Below are positions 22,274-33,367 of a stretch of DNA of 64,000 nt, one piece after another. Below the pieces are notes generated by a model. It saw only the letters and a program-made list of their open reading frames with translations, was not told where the DNA came from and did not search any database. The stretch comes from Macrostomum lignano (lineage: Eukaryota). The stretch spans positions 1 through 64,000 of the forward strand of contig NIVC01000833.1 of NCBI GenBank assembly GCA_002269645.1, in the 5' to 3' direction. The translations under genes and the position numbers were made by a program. The first letter of the stretch is position 1, and each line of letters opens with the position of its first letter.

Positions 22274-25191
22274 ATGCAACTGCCGTTGGTTCTTTCGATC
22301 CTCGCTGGTCTTTGCTGTTGCATTGGGGCTGCACCAGTTAGCAACCTCAATCAGAGCTTGCCCGCCTCGGATGGCAGCAACAGGTGCGTGTGGCTGCTTA
22401 ATAGCGGAAGCTCGATCACTCGGTTCTCTTCGATGCCAGGTAATTAACGAGATTTTTTGACACTTGAAATATTTTGTGTTGGCAAGCGTTTTACCTTGCT
22501 GTTTTTCTAAGATGGAAAATGAAAACCTCATCTTCTTGATTGACAGGTGGCGGCTGGGACAACCTGAGAAACAAGGACATGGGTCTCGTAGCCGACCTGT
22601 CGTTTACAGACTGCGCCCTGTCAGATGACGGCATGTACGTTCTGCCGAAGAATGTGATTCTGTACCCGAGAAAGGAGTCCAACATAGAGGTGATGTCCGA
22701 AGTGATTGACCACTTTAGCAACTATACCAGCTCGCTAAGCGTCTCGATCAATCTAGAAGCCAGTGGAAAAATCGCTGCATTTAGGATTGGCGGAAAACTG
22801 TCTAACGAGTTTCAACAGGTGAAGAAGGTCGCGGTGCAGAACAAACTGGATATTGGCAGGTCTCAGCTTCGTTACCGACTCTACTCTTCGAAGCTTCAAC
22901 CAGACTTCAAGCTGTCTGCAGCGCTCACCAATCGCTTGACGGAAGTGATGAACGCGCTGGTGAACAATCAAACAAAGCTGGCTCGATACCTGTCCGATCT
23001 AATCGTCCGGGACTTCGGAACCCACGTGATCACCTCTGTAGAGGCTGGAGGCATTCTTGAAAAGCTGGACTTCTTTAATTCTCGTTCCATCGACGACTCG
23101 AACTTCATGCAGAACAAGTTTTCAGCAGCAGCAAGCTTCAGCTTTCTTCGTTTTTTCAGCTCCAATATTAGCATCGGTGTTTCCGTGACGAATGAAGAAG
23201 TCACCAAGTACAAGAATAGTATTCGCAAAATGATTTTACGAACTTCGGGCGGACCAGTCCTTGGTTCGAACCCGAAGCTGGACGACTGGATCAAGTCTTT
23301 ACACGAGAATCTGGTGCCGATCGATCGCAATGGCGAGCCGCTGTACAGCGTGGTCAACAGGCGCTCCCTTCCGAACCTGCCCATGACGCACATGTTGAAG
23401 CTGCGGAAGGAGATCGAGGATGCCGTAATGCGGTAAGTATTACCGAGCATCTACGAATGAGAAGCTTTTCAAGCATGCTCAAAAGAATGCTGCTCAAAAG
23501 AAGGTTTGCCATGACTGATTTCAGCTACTACAAGGCCAACACCGTCAAGGGCTGTCTGGACCCGAATTCGAGAAACTTTGACCCCATCGCCAATACAGCC
23601 GGCCAGTGCGAGGCTCCCGGCACCAACTTCAGCTTCGCTGGCGTCTATCAGCAGTGCTGGGAGTCGAACCCCCGCGCGGGCTTCAACCTGTGCTCCGGTG
23701 CAGGCAGCGGCGTTCTGCTCAACCCCATCACGGGCGGGACCAGGTGTCAAGTTGGGTATGAGCCGGTGAGTAAATTTAGCTTTTTCAGTTAGAGGCAGAG
23801 GGTTGTGTGCACCCTGGCTCACTTTAAGAGAGGCGGCATTACTGCCCATTCCGCCGACTCCCCTGAGCAAGCACACACGCGCATCATACATATGAAGTCA
23901 TACGCACAGCACAGGAGTGTACAGCGGCCCAAACTTTATTTATTGTTAGGCCTGTACACTTCATTTTGCCTTGGAGGTTGGCCCTCAAGGGTGTTTATTG
24001 CTCGAGCAGACCCAAGCCGAGATTCCAATTTAGCCCTAAGTTAATGCGACTGCACTTGGAATCGAGCCCAGGCCGCTGGCACATCAGAGCGCCGCGCTGG
24101 GCACCACTGGGCTACGGCCCCTCGAGTAAATCTAGCTACATTTGTACTTACGAGTAGTTCGATTTAAGTGTAGGGTACAACTTTCTGCTTCTCAATAACA
24201 CTCTGTCCTACCAGCGGACCGTTTCAGGCTACTTAACGATCCGTAAAGTGTTGCTTTTCCAGGTGAAGCTTCTTTCGACCGTTGGCCGCAACAGCAAGCG
24301 CTGCTGGAAGACGAAGCATTGCACTTCCTGGTTTATCTGGTGCGTTCACCACGAAGAGCGAACCCAATGCGTCGACTCGTACACCGTCCTGACTGCCTAC
24401 TGGTGCACTGCTCGTCGCACTTCGAAGCTGATCCCAACCCCGGCATGTTCTACGCAGGCGCCTACGCTGCGGACGGACGATTCCTCAACGACATCACGCA
24501 GAGCAAAGAGTGTCCGGAGCACTTCCGGCCCTACAAGGTCGGACGCGACATCTACCTGTGCCTGAGTATGGACCTGAGCAGGGCTTCTCGCGGCAGAATC
24601 CCGTTCGCCGGGTTCTTTTCCTGCGACTCGGGCAACCCGCTGTCGGAGACAAGCGGAGGTCTGGATGCGCCGAAGCACTGCCCGAAAGAATTCAGCCAGG
24701 TGACTCTGGACACGGTCGACGGCTGCGCAATCATGCAGTGCGTGAAGGGTCGCTCCGGGCTCGCCCAGATTCAAGTGAGGCGCCCGCCATTCGAGGAGCC
24801 CGACTATGAGTTGGTCGAGCATCCCGTCACTGTCGTGAAACATCACGGCTGGCGTTGGTCCTTTAATATCACACAGCACGTGTGGCGCTTCCTCGGCTTC
24901 TTCGGCTCAGCTTCGAGCGATGACGAAACCAGCTCAATCGACAGTAGCAGCAGCTACAACAGCAGCAGCAGCAGCAGTTCTGATGCCGAATCGGCGCCCT
25001 ACAGCTCTGCTCAGGAGTCCACTTCGGAGTCCGCCTCTCCGTCTCCGGCAGGTATCGCGGCCCTCGTTGGCATCATATTGGGCATCGCCGGAATTGTCGT
25101 GCTGTCTGTGTGGCTCCGCAGGCGCTGCGCTCGCTGCCGCTCGGCTTCGGACGAAGCAGCAGTTGCCACACCGCAAGAAGCCTCCGCTTAA
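22274..25191 (+). CDS. MPEG1: Perforin-2/MPEG1 paralog C; exons 22274-22439, 22547-23432, 23525-23765, 24263-25191; apparent 1-nt deletion at about 24429-24435
   Basis: MQLPLVLSILAGLCCCIGAAP signal peptide (exon 1 = 55 codons + 1 nt), GGWDNLRNKDMG, MACPF, P2, Ser-rich stalk, TM GIAALVGIILGIAGIVVLSVWL and a short tail. Confidence 0.93.
23782..24123 (-). mobile_element. tRNA-derived SINE in intron 3 of MPEG1-C with 14-bp TSD
   Basis: TSD GAGTAAATTTAGCT (23768-23781) / GAGTAAATCTAGCT (24124-24137); A- and B-box-like head. Confidence 0.82.
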
Positions 25192-26207
25192 TCGCTGGAG
25201 CAACGCGATGGCTCTGAGACAGTCGCTGATGCAGAGGCTGAGACCCGAGGACGTGCTTTTTTATTTACTTAATTTTGTAAATGACCGTCTCTAGGAATCT
25301 GATATTCACGACAAGCCTATTGGAGCACTCATTATGTCGTAAAATTCACATTCATACACATTCATTCATACACAGGCACATTCATACACATGTTCATTTG
25401 ACATTATTGCACAGTACAACGCGCTTTTCTTCAATGTACATCGAGCATATATTAACTTAACCGTCACAATCTCGAATTTGATTTGCTACATTGTGTAAGC
25501 ATTTTTATTGTTTACTTTTTTGAATCGGAGCGTTTGTTCTTAGAAAATTCTTAATACCCTTTAGACTCGTATTTCCCAGGTGATCACGACTATAATGCTT
25601 ATTATCTATCATCAGAGACACACAATTTTTAAATCCACATATACGTACAGCATGATTTCAAGCCCATGAGAATTGCTATAACTACTGCAAATGTGTATTG
25701 TAAAAATCCCGATTTGCGAGAACTGGTTCTGTTTTTCCTGCTTGCAATCTTAAGTGTAACCATTTTAAACTTGCGTATATCAAATATATAAAAACTATGC
25801 AGCTATCAAATGTCAATATCTAAAAACATAATCATTATAACAAAGTTTGAGGCCTAACTAAATTCTATTCTCTAAATCCTTACAAGACACATCATAAACC
25901 CATCAAAACGCAGTCCCCATCACAAATTTTATAGAGAATGTGATTTTTAAGGTTTGTGATAACGCCCCCTTCGTTTCTGTTATCGATCGCTACATCTCCT
26001 CCCCCTCTCTCTGGCCTCTCATTCTCCTCTGCTAAGCTTTCGTGTTGCATATTATTTCAGCTTCCGTTTCGGCTTCTAACTCTGATTCATTCTCATGCAC
26101 AGAATATTCGTTTTCACGAATCTTGCAAAGCCAAGTCAGATGTTCTTCATCAGAACTCTCTTCTTCCGATTTTTATTTATTTTTTCTGGCGTGGCTTCCC
26201 TTGCTTG

Positions 26208-26851
26208 TAGGGGTCAAAATCCCGGGATCCCGGGATTCACTGGGTCGGGATTCAATCCCGGATAGTTAATGCTATGTTTTTATAATGTCTGATAAAATAA
26301 CAATTAGCAAGACAGTTAGGTAAAATATGGAACATACATGCATCCATGTCCACTCTCCGTTGCACACTTTGCAAAATCTTTGATGTTTGAGTTCAGTCTT
26401 GTTTAAATAATTTAAGGTTGTTTTTAAATTTTGAACTTATCGTGCATGTCGTGACAACCTTGACAACGTGAATGCCCACTGCCTAGACAGTAGTATGTTG
26501 TGATTGTGAATGTAATGTATACATTCATATTGCTTTGCACAGTGGTACATGTACATTACATTATTTAATATATGTTATACATAAAATATATGCATATTAC
26601 AATATTGATATTACGAGTAGTAATATACTACTATAATATTTGCTATACTACAAGTATAATAACATCACTGTTATAATATTATATATTACATTACCAGCCT
26701 AGCATTTCCCCTTTAGCTCCGACCAAAACTGTAAGCCTTATAAAAATGTCAGTCACAGCATTTTAATGACATTGTAACAATGTTACGACAAGGATGGTAC
26801 TGGGAAATATCAATCCCGGGATTGACAGAATACGGGATTTTGTGACCCCTA
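26208..26851. mobile_element. Non-autonomous hAT-type MITE (644 bp) inserted in the degenerate Gypsy
   Basis: TIRs TAGGGGTC.AAAATCCCG / CGGGATTTT..GACCC(C)TA; 8-bp TSD CTTGCTTG / CTTGCTTA; subterminal CGGGAT repeats. Confidence 0.75.
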
Positions 26852-27572
26852 CTTGCTTACTACTGATTGTTCTACCTTCTGCTGATTTTCCTTACTTAGA
26901 TGCTTAGCTTTCTTCCGGCTTTTCTTATTTGTAACTTCTGTTACGAGTATCTCAGCGCTCTCCTGGCTTCCCTTATCTATTGGTTCTTTCACTGTCACAG
27001 AATTTGGCACTGGCGCTATATTATCCCTATGCACTAATAACTTATTACCTACTAATTCGCCTTCTTCTTTCTGAATCTTAAAAACAACTTCTGAGATTTG
27101 CTTTAGCACTCTAAAAGCGGCTCTCTTTTTCCTATGGAACTTATTAGATTCATAAATGTTAAGCTGTGGATTATTAAATAACACTAAGCTTCCTACTTCG
27201 ATAATTTTTTGCTTTTTCTGACTTTCGGCGGCGGTTCGTCGTTTGTTCTGCACCTTTCTCAAATTTTTCCTTTACTAATTTCCTAGCACTTTTTAATCTC
27301 TCTGCTGCATGCTCGGAAACATAAGTTGGATAATTAGAATATTGCTTTGGCTCTCTGATCTCACTGTCTATGGGCAGAACCGTCTCTCTGCCAAATAATA
27401 AGTGCGGCGAATAACCTGTAGTCTGATTAACACTGGTTCTAACTGCGACTAGGGCGGCTGGAATTAACAGGTCCCAATTGCTGTGATCCTTTTCAATTAG
27501 ACACGTGACTATCGATTTCACTTGTTTATTCAATCTTTTTACTAAACCATTGCTTTGAGGGTGTGAAGAGTT

Positions 27573-28979
27573 TGATCGGGTGGTGATCAGTCACCCGAAA
27601 ACTGCCACTTCCAGACGTTAAGCCTGGGAACAAAATCCAGTGATCACTTTCCGGTGCGGGCTCCTCTTCTTTGTCGGGCGGGTTCTCCGAGCTCGTTTCT
27701 TAAAGGATTCTTCCTCCGGAGTAGTCTTCTTGAACTCTACAATCGGCCGAATTTTTTTTTTATTAGAGGCAGGGGGTTGTGTGCACCCTGGCGCACTTTA
27801 AGCGACATAGGCACACAACCGGCGAGAAGCATTACTGCCCATTCCGCCGACTCCCCTGAGCAGGCATACAAGCGCGCGGATACGTACGCAGGCACACACT
27901 CACACAGGAGTGTACAGCGGCCCTAACTTTATATTATCGTTAGGCATGTACACTTCACTGCGCCTTGGGGGGTTGGCTCTCAAGGCCGTTAATTGCACGA
28001 GCAGAGCCAAGCCGAGATTCCAATTCAGCCCCAAATTAATGTGACTGCACTTGGAATCGAGCCTGGGTCGCTGGCACACCAGAGCAGCTGCGCTACCGCT
28101 GGGCTACGGCCCCCCTTAACAATCGGCCGAATGTGAGAGCGTAACAATTTACTCCGTCGACGTCGAAGTATCCTCGAGTGCCGAAATCAATATGTTCCCC
28201 GAGTGCGGAAATTCAGAATCAACGATGCGCCCTAATAACAAAGTCAACTCTATAACAATGACGAGGTCCTCTAGAAAAGGCGTCTTCTTCTAGAAATAAC
28301 GGAATCGGAGTCGTGTGCTCCTATCGGTTACTCTAGGGTATCAAAATCAATCAAATCAATAATCCTCTAAGGGTATTGGAATCGGTCCACAGATCCTATC
28401 CAATCCCTTAGGAAAAGGGAGGCCTCAAATTCAATAGACTCAGTAAAATTAACTGAGCAGTAACGGCCGGCAATAACAATCGCTCTCAATAATCAAAATA
28501 ACGAAGACTTGAACAAAGCTTACCAATTGGTGTTTCTCTTCCTCAGAGATGTAGCCTCGTTTGGCTGCTCTTACAAAGCCCAAGATCTTTGGAGGCTGCT
28601 CCGAGTCTGAGATTTCAGCTCGGGTTTTGCGTTTATATTTATACACAATTTGTCGGCCTTGAGTCGACCTTGAGCTCAAAACCGGTTTTTTGATGAGTTC
28701 ACGAAAGGAATTTTATTATTTGACAGGTGGGTTTTTTTGATAGAAGTGGGTGAGACTTGGGTCACATTCAGGTTAACATTGACCATATTTGGAAGTTCTA
28801 GAAATAGATGTTGAGAACCGGTTTTTCGGACAATAGCATAGCCACTCGCTGTTTGCGTGATGCTATTGGCATTACTAAAAACAGAGTATGACGCATAGCT
28901 ATTTTTAAATTTGTGTTCATAATTTTATCTTACTACTTCTAGTAGGCTACCATGTTTGGAGATCTCTACATGTAATATT
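27573..28979. other. Unidentified insertion of about 1.4 kb splitting the integrase motif HTFTT|HPQSNG
   Basis: Integrase codons resume on both sides; GAGTT is duplicated at 27568-27572 and 28980-28984. Confidence 0.6.
27753..28118 (-). mobile_element. tRNA-derived SINE with poly(A) tail and 14-bp TSD
   Basis: TSD ACAATCGGCCGAAT at 27739-27752 and 28119-28132; T-run at 27752-27761; head GGGGCCGTAGCCCAGCGG...GGCTCGATTCC. Confidence 0.88.
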
Positions 28980-29734
28980 GAGTTGTGAAAGTGTGCTTCA
29001 CGTTGTACAATTCACAGAATGCACTAAACTGCTTGCTAGTGAATGCTTTGCCGTTATCTGTATGGATTTAATGACATTGGCCATATTCACTAAACACTCT
29101 TTCTTGCAATAGCTTAACAATTGTGTCGGCTTTTTGATTGAGCATCGGAAATGCAAATGGATACCGGGTATTGCTGTCTACTGTTGTCAGCACATACTGA
29201 TGACCCCTTTTGCTAATCTATGTGTAATTGGTGAAACAGCTCACTAATTGGAAATTACTGAATCGGAGCTTGCACTTTATGACCTCTTTTACTCTCTAGG
29301 CATGGGATGCACTCTACCTCTGCCACATGCTTCTCTACTGCAGCTACTAGGCCTGGTCTCCAAAATCTCCATCGGACACGCTGAACTGCTTTATCTCTAC
29401 CTAGCGGGCTATCATGCAGATCGCTAAACACTAGCTTATCTAAAGACTTAGGCAAAACAATTTTCCAGGTTCCTTCTTCTTCTATGTCAACAGATTCCTT
29501 TCTAATTTCATCTTCTCATATTTTCGGCTTAACTGCTTCATTTCAACTGACTCATTTTTCTGAACTGGTAGGACTGACAGATTTTCTTGCTTCCACTCTA
29601 TTAGTGTGCAGATTGCTGTATCTTCCCTTTGAGCTTTGTGACTCGTTCCTAGATTCTGGGTCAACTGGATGCGGAGTCTGCATCTCTCTTTCTCCTTCCT
29701 CTACTCTCTCGCCTACTGCAGCATTCACGCTGTC

Positions 29735-30215
29735 TCTCGGCTTCACGCCTTTTTCAATTTCACAGGCTTTCACGCCCTTTTTCACTTTCACAGGCTTTCA
29801 CGCCTTTTTCAATTTCACAGGCTTTCACGCATTTTTAACTTTCACAGGCTTTCACGCCCTTTTCACTTTCACAGGCTTTCACGCCCTTTTCACTTTCACA
29901 GGCTTTCACGCCTTTTTCACTTTGACAGGCTTTCACGCCTTTTTCACTTTCACAGGCTTTCACGCCTTTTTCACTTTCACAGGCTTTCACGCTTTTTCAC
30001 TTCCACAGGCTTTCACGCCTTTTTCAATTTCACAGGCTTTCACGCCTTTTCACCTTCACAGGCTTTCACGCCTTTTTCACTTTCACAGGCTTTCACGCCT
30101 TTTTCAATTTCACAGGCTTTCACGCATTTTTAACTTTCACAGGCTTTCACGCCCTTTTCACTTTCACAGGCTTTCACGCCTTGCTCTGTTTCACTTTCAC
30201 AGGCTTTCACGCCAT
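29735..30215. repeat. 27-bp minisatellite (TTTCACAGGCTTTCACGCCTTTTTCAC)n in the RNase H-integrase linker of the degenerate Gypsy
   Basis: About 17 visible units. Confidence 0.95.
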
Positions 30216-32024
30216 TCCTAATCTCGGTTGCTTCAGCTACTTCTGCCGGTCTTCTGGACAAACTGTCCGCGTTTGAGTGTTTTGCACCGCTTCTATGTTC
30301 GATATCGAATTGGAATTCGTTCAGGCGCTACCCAACATCCTAGAATCCCTTGGGCCTCTGTTTGCCTTGACAACCATAAAATCGCCTAATGATCAGTGCG
30401 CTAAAAATCGCTTTCCTATCAGATAAAATCTGAAATGCCTACTAATGTCTACTAACGCTAGTAACTCTTTTCTAGTTATCTGGATACCGCTTTTCTGATT
30501 CCTTCATAGCATGACTGAAATATGCTATAGGCCTCTCGATGCCATCTGACTGGATTTGGCCTAGGCAGGCCCCTATGCGTCCATCACTAGCATCAGTGTC
30601 TAAGACCATTCTAACATTTTCATCGTCTACAAATTCTGGATAGGCTAATACTTCTGTTGACATCATTCTACTATTAAGCTCCTCAAATGCTTCATCATGA
30701 GCTCTAGTCCACTTTGCCTTAGTTTCAGTCCGGCATTATAATTAGTCTTTGAAATACCTCTTTGAGGTGTTCTAAATGATCTTCAAATTGTTTAGAATAG
30801 GTCACGATGTCATCTATGTATGCTGAATTCCTGCCAATACCAAATTCATTAGTCTTTGAAAGGTACCTGAGGCATTAGATAAGCCCCGAGCCATGACTTG
30901 GTACTCAAATTGACCTCTCGTTAATGTTGAAAATGCAGTCATAAACTTGTGTTCCTCTTTCATCGGAACTTGCCAATAACCAGAATTTAGGTCAAGGTTA
31001 CTAAAGTATTGACTGCCTGTCAGATGCGAAAATGTCTCTTGAATGTTTGACAGCGGATACGGAAAGTAATTCACTCGTGAATTCAGCACTCTAAAAAGTC
31101 ACTATTCGAATAGTACCATCTTTCTTGGCTACTATCACTAAAGGTGTTGAATAAGTCGAATAGCATGGTCAGTATGCGTAATTTCACTTGGTGAGTAAAT
31201 CCACGCAGAGGAAAATAAACATTACATTCGGTGGGAATAGTGGGAGGCCTCGCCTACCACACTTATGCGGTAGGCCGGTCTACCACTGGGGCTTCTTCAA
31301 CAGTTGGCGACACGCGAAACGCCTCCATCCGTTGGGATTGTGTTGACGTCATGAGCCGCTTCCCCGGATGGCTGTGCGTTTTCCCCTCGTTGATCCCACC
31401 TTTGGTCCATTAGTTGCCCCGTCCTTTGGTTCCGCCTTGTTTTACTGTCTTCCCGGTTTTGTCCCTCTTTTCCCACCAGTGTTCCCCTAGTGTTTCACCA
31501 GTTGAATTTATGTAATTTTTTGTATAAAAATCATTGCGTATAAAGTTTTGCTTAGACTGGAGCCTCCCCGAGTTACCTTGAGTTAAGTGTGAATTTGCAG
31601 TTAATAACCGCCGTTTCACTCGGTCTACTGTCTCGTCTCATTCGTCTAATTTGATAGTTTGCGATATTCATTTGTTTATTACTCAGAACTATTAACAAGT
31701 AAGCTAACTTGTCACTTGCTTAATTTATCTTACGTAGCATCTTTATTAATAATTAGTTGAACCGTAATAATAATAACGAATAAGATAATAAGCTTCTAAC
31801 ATTAATATTTATTCAGTTGGACTTAATCGAAGCCTCTAGTTTATATTGAGTTCTTTGCCCGCGGGGCGTAAAATAACCAGTCTGTTTCAACTCAAAGAAA
31901 GCTCTGAGACCCTCAACGTTCCGTAAAACGACATTTACGGTGGTGGCAGCGCTACTCTTACTATTGTTAGTAACGAAACGAGCATCTTCGACGAATTACG
32001 AAGTTTACGGTGTCTTAGGACCCA

Positions 32025-32284
32025 GGGCCTTTTCATATTACCAATTCCAGAACCAGAATCGGTTCGGAATTCCAAGAAAAACAGCAGTATAACTATTAAA
32101 CTCTGTTAATATTTGACTGCCTTAACAGCCTCACTTTGCACGATTTTTTACTTTCTTCTTGGCGATTGTCATTCAATAATAAAAACTTTATAGCACGTAT
32201 CTCCCTCTAATTATGGAGACAAAAAGTTATACTTCACAAATTGGTTCTGGTTCTGGAACCAGAACAAGCAATATGAAAAGGCCC
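32025..32284. mobile_element. PIF/Harbinger-type MITE (260 bp)
   Basis: Perfect 15-bp TIR GGGCCTTTTCATATT / AATATGAAAAGGCCC; 3-bp flanking duplication CCA. Confidence 0.75.
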
Positions 32285-33367
32285 CCAGACCTGAACGACC
32301 CGGGCCGCTACAAGACCGCTCGACTACGATTACGACTACCCTCCCCCCGGAATTGAGGATCCCAGCAGACGGAGTACCCAAGGAGAAAAATCGACGCAGC
32401 TATTTGTGCAATTTTTCCGGCTTTACGAGTGCCGACGACAACCCAATTTCAAAAACCCCCTCCCTCCCCCTTAAATTTTTCTTCTCCACCACCCCGACTT
32501 CATCCACTTCATAATCCTGAGAGAGTCCCTGATCAAAAACTGAAAATCAGGATGTCATGAGAGTGGCGTCAATAAAAAAGTTACAGGCTAGTTATGCTAC
32601 AGTGGTCCTTAATTAAAGTTCAAAGAAATGGTTTCAATTTTACAAGGTTTTTTTCTAATTTATTATTAGGCCTATTCATTGTTCTAGTTTTGATTTTGAT
32701 AGGCAGCATAGGCTTAGACCTAGGCCCTAAGTTAACTTTTATTGGTTTGGTAAGAATTGGCATCAATCTCAGAAAAAACAGTGTCAATTTGGTATTGTTG
32801 GTCTAAATCCAAGCTGCTATGGCTACATAGCACCTGTATACTATAGGCCTAAAAACAAAACCTAGATCTCAAATATATAGCTATAGGCATATAGCCATAT
32901 ACCAAAATTAGAAATATCTGGGATTAAATAAAAATTAAATTGAGTTAAAACAAATAAATTTCCTCTAATTTAGAATGAGTCTAAGACTAAATATTTTTCA
33001 ACTATTGTTTTTTGTTCATTTATCTGCTAGGGACTAATAGCTTATTTACTAATTAGACACAATATATTTTTCTTTTAAAACTTTTTATGTGCTAGCTAGA
33101 CTGCTAGGAAATGAAGGTGGGGATATAGAATAAAGTAGAAAACATGCTTAAACTTCCTTTTTAATATTATTTAAATGCTTCACTGGTCTTTTTTATCATT
33201 TTTAAAAAATGTTTGTTTTAGCAATCTATTACAAATAAAACAAAACAAACTTTAATCTTCAATCTAATAGAGTTCTAATCATGCATTATAATTTGTAGCT
33301 AAGGATCATATAAATAAAATAATATTTGTAGCTTATTAAAAAGCTTAGAATCTAGAGTTGTTATATA

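Larger units (their letters stand above)
21674..25853. repeat. Right arm of 4,180-bp inverted duplication
   Basis: Mirror of 16000-20179. Confidence 0.97.
25960..31168 (-). mobile_element. Degenerate Ty3/Gypsy pol (RT, RNase H, integrase, acidic C-terminus), related to the element at 35491; no gag or LTR seen
   Basis: Fragments LNSRVNYFPYPL..LDLNSGYWQ, VLDTDASD..AYFS, LHDSPLGRDK, NKQVKSIVTCL..HSNWD and KFHRKKRAAF are near-identical to the intact Pol, with many stops and frameshifts. Confidence 0.92.

Noticed and set aside
22121-22531. ORF-track entries 22185-22460 and 22121-22531 (and mirrors at 19322-19732) as genes
   Set aside because: They are off-frame or antisense to the true MPEG1-C exon 1, which starts at ATG 22274.
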